DNA of 64,000 nt from Trypanosoma brucei (Eukaryota), in assembly GCA_000002445.1 (NCBI GenBank), contig CM000208.1:2656001-2720000 (forward strand), given 5' to 3'. The notes under the pieces were generated by a model that searched no databases, was not told the DNA's origin, and saw nothing but the letters and a program-made list of their open reading frames with translations. The translations under genes were made by a program, and so were the position numbers. This document shows positions 11,201 through 20,856 of this stretch, in pieces. The first letter of the stretch is position 1. Every line of letters starts with the position of its first letter.

Positions 11201-11480
11201 ACAACAAATTCCTTTACTTAGTTGAGTACACGAACAACGATTAAAGACACATGGGGGAAATGGGAGGTGTACGTTGAGACAAGACCAACTTGTTTCCCAG
11301 AATTTATGAGCATTGAGGCCGAATTATCAACATGCGTTGGAATGTAGAAACGCTATAACACCACCTGAGATAGCCACAAAATCTTGTTTTTCCGGGCCTC
11401 AGCAGACGGTTGCCCGCCAACGAAAAAATGTCTCCCCCCCCAAAAAAAAACAACCACGATGTAACACTCACGCCCTCCTC

Positions 11481-13745
11481 CTACTGATTGTCCACATCAT
11501 CATCCCAGCCGTCGCAACTATCAAGAGCACAACTTTCTTTAAATGCTTTCACCCCACTTACTTCTTCAATGTACATAGGGTCGTTGATACATCGTAGCAC
11601 AAAAGCTGACCCCTCGTCCTTGTATGAGCGTACGATAGGATCGGAGCATGCGGTGCACTGCTCGTAACGGCAACCATGGAGTGTGTAAACGTTGTGGTGG
11701 GCGACGCTACCACGTATTTGCTGTGGGATCGTGCCCAAAGGGCAAACAGCGCCACCTGCAACGGAATCGGAGACCCCCGGTGTCGCGTCCCTCTCACTCT
11801 GGACGTAAGGAGGACAGGCAAATCCCAGAGGGTGGTTGTAAAGTTGGGCAAGCAACTCCACTGCAATAGCAGATGCAATCGCTGAGAGACCAGGCCGAGT
11901 GACAGTGCACTGCTGGTCAAGCGTGCGAGCGGTAATACTGTCCCGAGGGGCGACGGAATCACTGCAGAAGTAGCAACCCAGACGAACGTACTTCGCCCCT
12001 TTGTCACTGCCTTCCGGTGGGTCCAATCCATGGCGCATAACAACATATGTGTCAAATGCAAGTGCAACATTAACGGTTGGTTTACAGTGTGCAGTGGCCA
12101 TTAGTGTAGGTAACCAGCGCGCTTCTCGGCTGTCAGTCAACAAGAACACCACATCGTGTGAGCGTATGAGTTCATCCAGAGCCTCTATTTCTGCCTTTAC
12201 TTCTTCCTCACGGGCCTTGTCCACGCGGTGACCGGGCATGTGTATTGTCAATGGCACACCACGTGCGTTTACACCAGGAAGGATACGTTTCAGTGCCTTA
12301 GCTGCGGCAATGGCTTTATTTCGTTCTTCTTCCCGTGGGTTGTTGACGTCAGACAACTCAAAGAGTGTTTGTCGAACCGGGTTTGAAAATGACACTTTAC
12401 CGCGATCCACAAGTGTGATATGCCTCACACCCCACATGAGCAACTGCCGTGCCACGTTGCAACCGAGCGTTCCTGTCCCTAACAGTAGAGCTTTGCACTG
12501 CGCCAACCTATCGAGGTTAAGTTCAGGCAGCGCGCGCCACTTCATCAAAGTTAAGTTAAGCCCAGCGCTCGCGTCGGCCAGTTTATCCGGAGACATCAGG
12601 GGGCCCAGATCAATAGTGTGAACACTCGAGGCTCCACCGTCGCTTTCCGGATCCACCCAGCCAACTACTTTGGCTGGACTAACACCTTCTACAACCTCCT
12701 CTAAGGTATAGGAAAGCGGCTCGCACATACAGTGAAAGAGGACGCTCTCTGACACATCGTTGTTCCGCACGCAGTATAAAGCAAACGAAGTAATGAGTGG
12801 CTGCGCCAATCGAAGAGCACTAACAATGTTGCGCACAGCCCATCCGGGCGAGCCTTCAGAAGAATAGTCCAGGAAAGCAATCAACGGCATTGAATGATTC
12901 GACGCTGCTTCCATAGACTTGGGCGAGAATGGTAGAAATATAACACACCCATCATCATTGTTTCCTTTACCCTTCACATCAGCAGCGGAAGATCGCACGA
13001 CAATAAAGGGATTGGGTCCATTCTCGGGTCTCTTCTGCAGTTTCTCCAACAAATGCGCATGAACGCGGTCAACAGCAAATTGGTTCGGAAAGTAAACACC
13101 TTTAAATTCAGACCCAGCAGCAGTATAACCACCTTTTACGCGCCGTTGAACAAAGACAGGAGAGCCAAGATCAAAAACAGGAAAGGCAACCGAATAAAGG
13201 AAACGGTGGCTTTTAAGGTCCGCGTACGTGTAAAGCGCCATAATTGAGAAGTTTACGTCCTCCCACGCTAGTTCCTCCGCAGAAGAGTATTCAGTTACGT
13301 TTTCCTCGCGCTTATTTTTGCAACAAGTATACAGAGGAAGAAGAAGTGACTTTTTCAAAATATCCCACAATGCGCTACGACGAGGAAGTTGGTAAAGTTG
13401 CTTAGCCGTATTAAAGTTTTGAATAAAGCCATCGTGTAGTGTGTGCACACACCGCAAACTCGTGCCGGTACCACCAGAATGGTCGTCGATTGGGTCTCCT
13501 TCACTCACCGATGTTTCGTCCCTAAGACGCCTCGTGACATTCACACGGCTCGCGGACAAGCTTTCCGCCCTCAGCGATACTAATGACCGATAGATACCTG
13601 AAGATGAGGAACTCGTAACACCAAATACTGGCGAGCGAATGATGGGCTCGGACAGCCTCCATTCATGTAGTTTCCTCTTTTCCAGTTCATACCAAAAACT
13701 GATCTCAATGCGAAAATCATGCATCAAATACTTCAAGCGCTCCAT
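11481..13745 (-). CDS. ATG7: Ubiquitin-like modifier-activating enzyme ATG7 (autophagy E1)
   Basis: ThiF/MoeB nucleotide-binding motif GTGTLGCNVARQLLMWGVRHITLVDRG and catalytic-Cys motif LDQQCTVTRPG (matches ATG7 LDQQCTVSRPG). N-terminal ISFWYELEKRKLHEWRLSE matches ATG7 N-terminal FWHELTQKKLNEYRLDE. The ORF track extends to 13811 through a poly-T tract; Met at 13745 (MERLKYL...) is the more plausible start. Confidence 0.85.
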   Translation of the reverse strand: MERLKYLMHDFRIEISFWYELEKRKLHEWRLSEPIIRSPVFGVTSSSSSGIYRSLVSLRAESLSASRVNVTRRLRDETSVSEGDPIDDHSGGTGTSLRCVHTLHDGFIQNFNTAKQLYQLPRRSALWDILKKSLLLPLYTCCKNKREENVTEYSSAEELAWEDVNFSIMALYTYADLKSHRFLYSVAFPVFDLGSPVFVQRRVKGGYTAAGSEFKGVYFPNQFAVDRVHAHLLEKLQKRPENGPNPFIVVRSSAADVKGKGNNDDGCVIFLPFSPKSMEAASNHSMPLIAFLDYSSEGSPGWAVRNIVSALRLAQPLITSFALYCVRNNDVSESVLFHCMCEPLSYTLEEVVEGVSPAKVVGWVDPESDGGASSVHTIDLGPLMSPDKLADASAGLNLTLMKWRALPELNLDRLAQCKALLLGTGTLGCNVARQLLMWGVRHITLVDRGKVSFSNPVRQTLFELSDVNNPREEERNKAIAAAKALKRILPGVNARGVPLTIHMPGHRVDKAREEEVKAEIEALDELIRSHDVVFLLTDSREARWLPTLMATAHCKPTVNVALAFDTYVVMRHGLDPPEGSDKGAKYVRLGCYFCSDSVAPRDSITARTLDQQCTVTRPGLSAIASAIAVELLAQLYNHPLGFACPPYVQSERDATPGVSDSVAGGAVCPLGTIPQQIRGSVAHHNVYTLHGCRYEQCTACSDPIVRSYKDEGSAFVLRCINDPMYIEEVSGVKAFKESCALDSCDGWDDDVDNQ

Positions 13746-13773
13746 GGCTACCTTTTCAAACACAGCCGAAGGC

Positions 13774-13803
13774 AAAAATAAAAAAAAAGAAAAAAAGCAA
13801 ATA
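13774..13803 (-). promoter_or_regulatory. Polypyrimidine tract (on minus strand) immediately upstream of the ATG7 start; candidate trans-splicing signal
   Basis: The plus strand reads ggcaaaaataaaaaaaaagaaaaaaagcaa, which gives a T/C-rich tract on the coding (minus) strand ~30 nt upstream of Met 13745. Confidence 0.45.
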
Positions 13804-14096
13804 ACACACAACGCTAACTGAAGGGGGAACCCCCACGGTCCCTACAAGAAGCCACTGCAGTACTCCCCACGCATGCTGTGACCTCACAGCCATCGGTAAA
13901 CACTGTGCCTGGTGGAAAGCAGGCGACAACTAGCAAAAAAAAAAGAGGTTCCTCAAGAAAACACCGTGCAACTGGCTCACCACCGAAAGTAGTGACTGTC
14001 AAATAACAACAGATATTAAGCACGAAGACCGCAAACCACCCCACATATTTAAATTCAACCGCAAAGTGCAATGCCCCAGCTACAGTGCCCCTCGCC

Positions 14097-15557
14097 TTAC
14101 CCCTTAACGCACAACAACTGTCTGAGCACACATACAACCTCCACAAGATCATCCTGAGCACGCATAACGTCGTCAATGTCCTTGTACGCCATGGGTGTCT
14201 CGTCTAGAACGTCAGCGTCTTTTCGGCACTCTATGCCCTTTGTTGCCGTCTTATGCTGCTCCAAGGTGAAACGTCGTTTCGCCTCACCACGGCTGTAACG
14301 CCTGCCAGCTCCGTGGGAGCAGGATGAGTAACTTTTTGGATTACCTTTCCCACGTACAATGTAGCTTCTCGTTCCCATGCTTCCAGGAATGACCGCAAGC
14401 TCGCCTGCACGTGCGGATGTAGCCCCCTTCCTTGTTAACCACACGTGCACTCCAGCACTCAACTCCATACGCTGAACGTAATTGTGATGGCAATTTATCG
14501 CAAGTGCATCAACGGAAAACCCCCTACCTATTGTTTTGCGCACCGCGCGAAGCACGTTGTCCAGCATAATCTCACGGTTCAGCTTTGCGTAGAGTTGCGC
14601 CCAATAAACAGCTTCCACATACTGTTCGAAGTGCTCAGAACCCTCACGCAGATAGGCCAGGTCGGCACTCGGAAGATTTGCTAGGTGGGCCCCCATATCC
14701 TTCTTGGCGAGCTCGAAAAATATTGTTCCGATGCGGTTTCCAACTCCCCGCGAACCGCTGTGCAACATCACCCAGATGTTAGGTTGCCGGGAAACGCCTT
14801 TGGACGTTTCAGATGTGGCACCGCTGCTCCCTGAATTCCCAATTTCAACGTAACTTTCACCCACGTCCACCTTCCTTCCATCATCAACACATAGTTCAAT
14901 GAAGTGATTTCCACCGCCCAGAGTGCCCAAGTGTTCAATGTGGTTGCTAGTTTCAATGTGTTTTTGCATGCAACAGATCTCCTCAAAGCCTTTCTGCAAC
15001 TGCGTCCGCCACACAGCAGCGACGCTCTCTGGGATATTGTTTCGCCAGCTTCCCGCATCTAACCCACTTCTACCATTGTGCGTTCGCCCGTGTGGGACGG
15101 CAACTTCGATAGCCAGTCGGAGGGCAGCCAGTGACGACGGTAAATCTTCTTGTGTCAGGCTCGTACGCACCGCGATCATCCCGCAACCGATATCCACCCC
15201 AACACTCGCTGGTATGATTGCCCGTGTTGTTGGGATGACCGTCCCTACAGTGGCACCGTTGCTAGTATGTACATCTGGCATGGCCACAACGGGGTGCTGA
15301 ATAATATCACCCAACCGTGACAACTGCAGGAGCTGTTCAACTGCAGAGCGCTCCACCTCAACGCCACTCACCCAAGCATGGACATCCACACTACTTCCTT
15401 CCTCCCGAATTACGGTATACGGTTCTACGTCCGACCCATGATCAGTCTCACCTACGGCGCAACACTTCCGTCCCGGAAACACAGCACTGTCGGTGCGTCC
15501 ACCTCCACCTGCACCAGCGGTAGCGCGAATGCATAATTTTGTGACAGCGTGACGCAT
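14097..15557 (-). CDS. rtcB: RNA-splicing ligase RtcB homolog (tRNA ligase, HSPC117 family)
   Basis: RtcB signature motifs MLHSGSRGVGN and SCSHGAGR, the C-terminal His-containing active-site region, and a size (486 aa) typical of the family. Confidence 0.9.
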   Translation of the reverse strand: MRHAVTKLCIRATAGAGGGGRTDSAVFPGRKCCAVGETDHGSDVEPYTVIREEGSSVDVHAWVSGVEVERSAVEQLLQLSRLGDIIQHPVVAMPDVHTSNGATVGTVIPTTRAIIPASVGVDIGCGMIAVRTSLTQEDLPSSLAALRLAIEVAVPHGRTHNGRSGLDAGSWRNNIPESVAAVWRTQLQKGFEEICCMQKHIETSNHIEHLGTLGGGNHFIELCVDDGRKVDVGESYVEIGNSGSSGATSETSKGVSRQPNIWVMLHSGSRGVGNRIGTIFFELAKKDMGAHLANLPSADLAYLREGSEHFEQYVEAVYWAQLYAKLNREIMLDNVLRAVRKTIGRGFSVDALAINCHHNYVQRMELSAGVHVWLTRKGATSARAGELAVIPGSMGTRSYIVRGKGNPKSYSSCSHGAGRRYSRGEAKRRFTLEQHKTATKGIECRKDADVLDETPMAYKDIDDVMRAQDDLVEVVCVLRQLLCVKG

Positions 15558-16042
15558 AGATGCCTTAGGGGTAAAGGGTCTTCCTTTGGTCTGAAGTCGT
15601 ACTATTTCGCGCCGCTACCTCGCTTCGCTCCACATACGAGAAAAAGTGGCGGAGAGTTTTTTCCCACCAGTGAAATTACAAACGGTAAGCGATCAGCTAC
15701 GGGGTGACTAACATTTATTTACGGGTGGCTGCCGTGGAGATGCTTATGCATCCTTATTCTCTGGGTGTTCACCTTCCTTTCAGCCCATTTTATGTGGGCG
15801 TGAGCCCTGTGCACCTGCCTGCAGTGGCACCAGTGTCGATTGCGCAAACCATCATCCAACTTACCAGTGAGTTACACTTGGGATGCCACGGCTGGGAAGA
15901 GGTATCAACCCGCAATCATACCTGTGCAAAACGCGAAAGTCAAGTGGTTTTCCTTTTTTTTCTTAAAAAAAAAATGAAAGTCGCAGTAAGCAGGGGGGAG
16001 GGTTTAAACAGCCACTGCGGCTGCACCTTTTGGACGGAACGG

Positions 16043-16399
16043 CTAATTGGCAACATGGACCTCTGCGGACCGAGTGCTCGACATCATCGACAAGTGCTCT
16101 TTGAGCAGCTGAGAACGCTTAATGGTATACGCTCTTTTCGTACAATCCGGACAACAAGGGTTTCCCCTCAGCAGGTACCGCTCGGGACAACAATGAGTAC
16201 AAAATTGGCGACCGCACCAATCACAATTAGTGCTGGGAGTGAAGTAAAAACAGAATGGTTCTTCACACGACGAGCAGAAGCGGCCATCCCTGGGCCGAGC
16301 ACTTTCCGGAGCGGGTACATATGTTATTGGTTCTACTTTATCCTTCACTTCAGGAGGAACCTCTTCGTGTGTGCGAACGTTGCTAAAAATCGTGCCCAT
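16043..16399 (-). CDS. Small (118 aa) Cys-rich zinc-finger protein with predicted N-myristoylation signal (MGTIFS)
   Basis: Starts MGxxxS (NMT consensus). Eight-Cys cross-brace-like cluster CSSC-x14-CDWCGRQFCTHCC-x13-CCPDC resembles FYVE/RING/zinc-ribbon spacing. Orientation matches the minus-strand polycistron. Confidence 0.45.
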   Translation of the reverse strand: MGTIFSNVRTHEEVPPEVKDKVEPITYVPAPESARPRDGRFCSSCEEPFCFYFTPSTNCDWCGRQFCTHCCPERYLLRGNPCCPDCTKRAYTIKRSQLLKEHLSMMSSTRSAEVHVAN

Positions 16400-16533
16400 G
16401 ACAACAACCTAGAGCAGTACACCTACGGCCGCCGGGTCACAACGCCGGCGCAACAAGGGAAAGGCGATAGGAGGAACAAATGGCTCGTTTAGTCTGGTAT
16501 AATTAGAAGCAAAAAAAAAAGCTATGTGGACCT

Positions 16534-16944
16534 TTAACTCTCACATATTAAATCATCGTCTCGATAAACGTCGTGCCTCCTCGCTTCGTTACATTGTCTG
16601 TACTCCAGTATAGTTGCATTAACGCCATCAGATTCTGTACACCTGGCCGCATTCATTTGGGGTACAAACATTCTCAAAGATGGGCTGCACACTAACCCAT
16701 GGGGAAGACGAACCCACGTAAGGTCATATCGTTCCGTGGACACATAGGCAGGGCGGTGCATAGTCGGGTTAAAAACAACTGAAGAACTGAACTGACACGA
16801 AGTGCCATTGTAATGGATCCAATCAAACTTGGTAGTTGTTTGTGACTGACATCGCTGACATCCATTGAAATGTACGAAGATTATTTCCCTTTCGTGTGAA
16901 CGTGTAGCACCATCGGGGAATGAAAACCTCAAAAAAAAAGGCAT
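16534..16944 (-). CDS. Possible small hypothetical protein (136 aa); weak
   Basis: ORF in polycistron orientation within an otherwise empty 1.1 kb gap. No recognisable motifs. Confidence 0.2.
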   Translation of the reverse strand: MPFFLRFSFPDGATRSHEREIIFVHFNGCQRCQSQTTTKFDWIHYNGTSCQFSSSVVFNPTMHRPAYVSTERYDLTWVRLPHGLVCSPSLRMFVPQMNAARCTESDGVNATILEYRQCNEARRHDVYRDDDLICES

Positions 16945-17513
16945 GTTTCCACACTCCTCAACCCATCGGTTACGGTACTGTAACTACCAACACAGGCTCA
17001 GTCACTAATACACAAACGGGCACGCTCGCGCAATCACAAAGCGACTACGGAATTACACATAACCACAAACCACACCAATACTGTTGAAGGATTCATGATG
17101 AAACGAGCATGCAGGAGGGCTTTTGGAACAAAACATGCTAAACGATACACCCCAACAGAGAAAGAACCAAAAGTAAAGGAAAAGAGCGAAGCTTCCGCGC
17201 CGATTCTTCCCAGCAGGTACCGCGTCGGTGAAGGCAATATCAATATTACAAACACCCATCAAATGACGCGGCGAAGCGCTGGTATTGTTAAAATTAACAC
17301 CATCACCAACTCAATGACCGCAAAAGTTTAAAAGGTCATACTCGACCACCCCCGCAACCCACAACAGCAAATGTATCTCCGGTTGGTAGACCAAAAATGA
17401 TGACAGCACCGCCACCGTATGACACACAGCACAAGACACCATAGCGGCAAATGCGTCGGCAAAGGGTATGGGTTCGCCGCCGGGCACCATCACTGGTCCA
17501 TAACACAGGCAGT

Positions 17514-19010
17514 TCAAGTGCGTGTTTTTTTCATGGCATCGACGGGGCAATCCACCGCGTCACCATCCTCCGTATCCACGTCACCGCCTTCGGAAAAATC
17601 ACTTCTCCCCCGCCTGCGCGTCCGCGGGTCAACAGTGTCATAGTTCCACTGAGAGAAGGGATCGGTGGAACCCAACAGAGCCCCTAACTGGCGCTGGGTA
17701 AGGTTGGACAACCCCCGCAACCACGACTCCTCGCATACACGAGCCGAGACACAAGACTCCGCATACGCCAACCTCACCACCTGCACCCGGCCGCTCCGCT
17801 GGAGCACCATTGCTCTGTCGCCACCGAGGCCCACCATCGCAAGGGGAGGAGACTCTAAGCCTACACGTAAGGCACAGCAACCGGACAGTGACAGTTTGCC
17901 ACCAGTACCATCTTCCTCAAGAAGAACAAACAGCACGTCGCGTGCCCCTTCGTAGGCAACAAGGATGCCCTGGGATAGTGCGACTTCTCCGCGACCGTGC
18001 ACCTCCCCGGCATGTACCGACGCATGCACAACGGATAGCACAGCACCTGCACCGCTGGTTCGTGCATCTTCTTCGATGAAGGAACCGGAAGGGACGAAGG
18101 GTGTCGTACTGGCGTCCCCCACCGCCCCGGTAGCGTTGTCTGCAGTCCACAGGTGCACCCACCCATTCCGGTTACCCACGGCGAAGTGCGAGTACCTTCT
18201 TTCTTCCACCTGGCATTGGATCTCCGCTATGGCGGTTACCACTGATTGTGGTGCTCCAGTCCACAAATACTGTTCGATTCGAAATGTTTCAGGATAGAGA
18301 CTGACTCGTGCGTGACAATCCCTGTCACAAGTAAACAGGCGACGCCTCGGGAACGGATCGGGTGTTGGCCCCTTATTCCCACAACCAATCCACGGAATGG
18401 CCGACGATACAAAGAAGGTAGTCAGCACACTGAAATGTTGAAGTAGGAAGACATGAACCACTTCATCGGATGCCAACGCCAGCCCAGTACCTGTTTTCCA
18501 TACAAGCTGCAGTCGGAACACTTCACCAAACTTGTCTGCAAACAACACAGTTGCACCATCGCAAACGGCTACGTGTGTTATGCGCTTTGTGTGAGGCCGC
18601 GAGCGGAACAGTAGCGTAGCATTGTCAACGGTAGCATTCCCCAGTTGCAAGGAATGAGCATTTGCCCGCCTTGCGGACGATACGTCCTGCACCGCTATAA
18701 ACTTACCGTCGCCACCGGAAACAAGGCACAGACGCTCGTCAGGGGCACGAAGGAACGACATACCACGAACTATCTGGCCACCGCAGAGGACAACTACTGC
18801 TTCCTCTTCAGCACCGTCGCGGATGGCGACGAGAATTTCCGTCTCGACGCAGAGGGCAACAGCGGAACCATCACACAGAGAACAGACTGAAAGTGACCCT
18901 GCCCCACGACCAGCAACACACGAGATCATGTCCTTTACCTTGTCAACAGCAGAAAAGAGCCAACCACAACGAAAGGGGACCAAAAGCAGTGAAACACGGT
19001 GGGCAGACAA
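17514..19010 (-). CDS. WD-repeat protein, WDR4/Trm82-like (non-catalytic subunit of tRNA m7G46 methyltransferase)
   Basis: FADKFGEVFRL matches the WDR4/Trm82 ADKFGDVYSF motif. Downstream LFTCDRDCHARVSLY corresponds to ILTADRDEKIRVSW of WDR4. Repeated WD-like Gly/His-Trp/Asp blocks are present. Confidence 0.6.
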   Translation of the reverse strand: MSAHRVSLLLVPFRCGWLFSAVDKVKDMISCVAGRGAGSLSVCSLCDGSAVALCVETEILVAIRDGAEEEAVVVLCGGQIVRGMSFLRAPDERLCLVSGGDGKFIAVQDVSSARRANAHSLQLGNATVDNATLLFRSRPHTKRITHVAVCDGATVLFADKFGEVFRLQLVWKTGTGLALASDEVVHVFLLQHFSVLTTFFVSSAIPWIGCGNKGPTPDPFPRRRLFTCDRDCHARVSLYPETFRIEQYLWTGAPQSVVTAIAEIQCQVEERRYSHFAVGNRNGWVHLWTADNATGAVGDASTTPFVPSGSFIEEDARTSGAGAVLSVVHASVHAGEVHGRGEVALSQGILVAYEGARDVLFVLLEEDGTGGKLSLSGCCALRVGLESPPLAMVGLGGDRAMVLQRSGRVQVVRLAYAESCVSARVCEESWLRGLSNLTQRQLGALLGSTDPFSQWNYDTVDPRTRRRGRSDFSEGGDVDTEDGDAVDCPVDAMKKTRT

Positions 19011-19377
19011 AAGTAATGGAAAACCCTCCCAAATCCGATGTAGATGGCATGATACTGGTAGGGCTTTAGTTCACAATCTGTAGTGGTAGAGCTGTGCGTG
19101 AGTCGCGAAATATTTACCTTCTTGCCATCAACGTGACGAAATTCATCCACCACGGATACCAACACACATTCGCTAAACAAAAAAAAAAAACTATGACCGC
19201 GTACACCATCCACTACAATCGACTCAACTAAATAGAGTCATACAATACCCGAAAGTTAAACAACAAAGAGTAAAATAAAAAAAAATATCGCTCATCTAAA
19301 AAAAAGAAAACACATTGTCACGCATGGTTCTTGACCACGCTTTGACAATGACAAAAGAACTGTCCTAACCGCGTTAA

Positions 19378-20811
19378 CTACACTGTAGGATTTGGTTGGG
19401 GGCAGGGCGCTTGCCCATAAGAGTGACCCTGTTGTTGCGGTGGTGGCGGTTGGCCGTAAGTATAGCCTCCTTGTGGTGGTGGCGGTTGGCCATACGTGTA
19501 CCCTTGTTGCGGTGGTGGCTTCCCATAAGTATACCCTCCTTGTTGCGGCGGTGGTGGTTGGCCATACGTGTGCCCTTGTTGCGGTGGTGGTGGTTGCCCA
19601 TAGGGATAACCTTGTTGTTGCGGCGGTGGTGGTTGCCCATAAAGGTAGCCCTGCTGCGGCAGTGGTTGGCCGTAGGCATAACCTGGTGGTGGTGGTGGTT
19701 GTGATTGTCCGTATGTATAAGGAGAGCCATCCCCCTGAGGTGTATCAGGATCACTCGTATCATTGGATGAAGAGCCCTTACGCTTCAGACAGAAGCAAAC
19801 TACACACACACACACGGCAATTTCCAGAAGAAGGAGCAGCGATCCGGCCACGATACAAGCGATTCCCATTGTCCGATTCGGAACGCCGAATTCACCCTCG
19901 CCCATCGTTTCACGCTCGAGTGCGATGAAAGGATCTCCCTCACTGTATAACTGCACCTGAACCTTATCCTGGGGTACCGCCTCGTATCCCTGGGACAGAT
20001 GTCCAAAACTGTACAACGCGCTCTGATATTGGGTACTTTCCCTGTACCCCCCTTTTCCATCGCTTGCAGCGACAAGATAGAGCTTGGACAAATACACTTC
20101 CTGCTTGCAGTAGCCGCACTTTTCACCCAACCGACATTTCGAGCTTTGAGTAGTGTATTGGCCACCTTGTGAATAGCACTTGTTCCTAAATTGCTCGTGC
20201 TTCTCTTGACAGTCACATTTTCTGGAATATCCAGAACATTGAGAAGAACTGCAGGAGAACCATCTCTCCCTTGTTGCATGAAGAGGTGACCTCCGCGTGA
20301 ACGGTGCGACGGTGTTAATGTTCACCTTCACTACCAGTTGGCTGCCATCGGTGTTACCGCTAACCGGGACGGTGGCTTCAGTGTAAACGGACGGTATCGG
20401 ACCAAAACCCGCGACGGACAGTGACTGCCGTCTGACGGTGGCCTTCACATCACTGAATGTTCCAGTCCAACTCTCCAGGGGCTTTGGGTCGAATGCACTC
20501 ACCGCCTTCTTGAAATTGTCACGAGGGTCGTCGCTGGAGAGGAAAAGTACGCCAACACCGATGAGGACAGGGCCTCCAATGAGGAGACAACATAGGCACG
20601 CAACCGCGGTCTTGAAGAATTCACCGACAGAGTGCACGAGCTGTTCGATGCACATGAAGCTTTTCCTTGCGACGGCGTTAGCTCTGCACAACGAGTAGGG
20701 AAGAAAGGTGAGAGTAGGGTTTGGCGGTGGAAGCACGCGCGCACACGCATAATCGAAACTTACAACTGAGCACACGAAAAAGCGAGTTACAAGCACAAAT
20801 TTGTCAACCAA
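19378..20811 (-). CDS. Membrane protein: N-terminal hydrophobic segment, Cys-rich lumenal/extracellular domain, a TM helix (GIACIVAGSLLLLLEIAVCVCVVCFCL), then a cytoplasmic tail of ≥8 tandem YGQPPPPQQG(Y/H)T repeats containing PPxY-like motifs
   Basis: Direct reading of the translation. Repeats are encoded at about 19396–19700. An alternative start Met lies at 20655 (MCIEQL...). Confidence 0.6.
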   Translation of the reverse strand: MVDKFVLVTRFFVCSVVSFDYACARVLPPPNPTLTFLPYSLCRANAVARKSFMCIEQLVHSVGEFFKTAVACLCCLLIGGPVLIGVGVLFLSSDDPRDNFKKAVSAFDPKPLESWTGTFSDVKATVRRQSLSVAGFGPIPSVYTEATVPVSGNTDGSQLVVKVNINTVAPFTRRSPLHATRERWFSCSSSQCSGYSRKCDCQEKHEQFRNKCYSQGGQYTTQSSKCRLGEKCGYCKQEVYLSKLYLVAASDGKGGYRESTQYQSALYSFGHLSQGYEAVPQDKVQVQLYSEGDPFIALERETMGEGEFGVPNRTMGIACIVAGSLLLLLEIAVCVCVVCFCLKRKGSSSNDTSDPDTPQGDGSPYTYGQSQPPPPPGYAYGQPLPQQGYLYGQPPPPQQQGYPYGQPPPPQQGHTYGQPPPPQQGGYTYGKPPPQQGYTYGQPPPPQGGYTYGQPPPPQQQGHSYGQAPCPQPNPTV

Positions 20812-20856
20812 CCGCCGAGATATTAGAACCAGCGGGCAGTAGCAGTAGCGGATCCT

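Noticed and set aside
11558-12070. 170-aa minus-strand ORF overlapping ATG7 in another frame
   Set aside because: The ATG7 frame carries the conserved catalytic and ThiF motifs. The alternate frame is a by-product of GC3-biased coding sequence.
13814-14176. 120-aa minus-strand ORF overlapping the 3' end of RtcB
   Set aside because: It overlaps the conserved RtcB C-terminus in another frame and lies in the ATG7–RtcB intergenic polyY region, so it is likely spurious.
19374-19928. Overlapping ORFs 19374..19763 (-), 19392..19928 (+), 19396..19704 (+) with His-, Val- or Trp/Leu-rich translations
   Set aside because: They are alternative-frame and antisense read-throughs of the tandem DNA repeat that encodes the YGQPPPP tail of the 19378–20811 gene. 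Homopolymer-like amino-acid composition is diagnostic of repeat artefacts.
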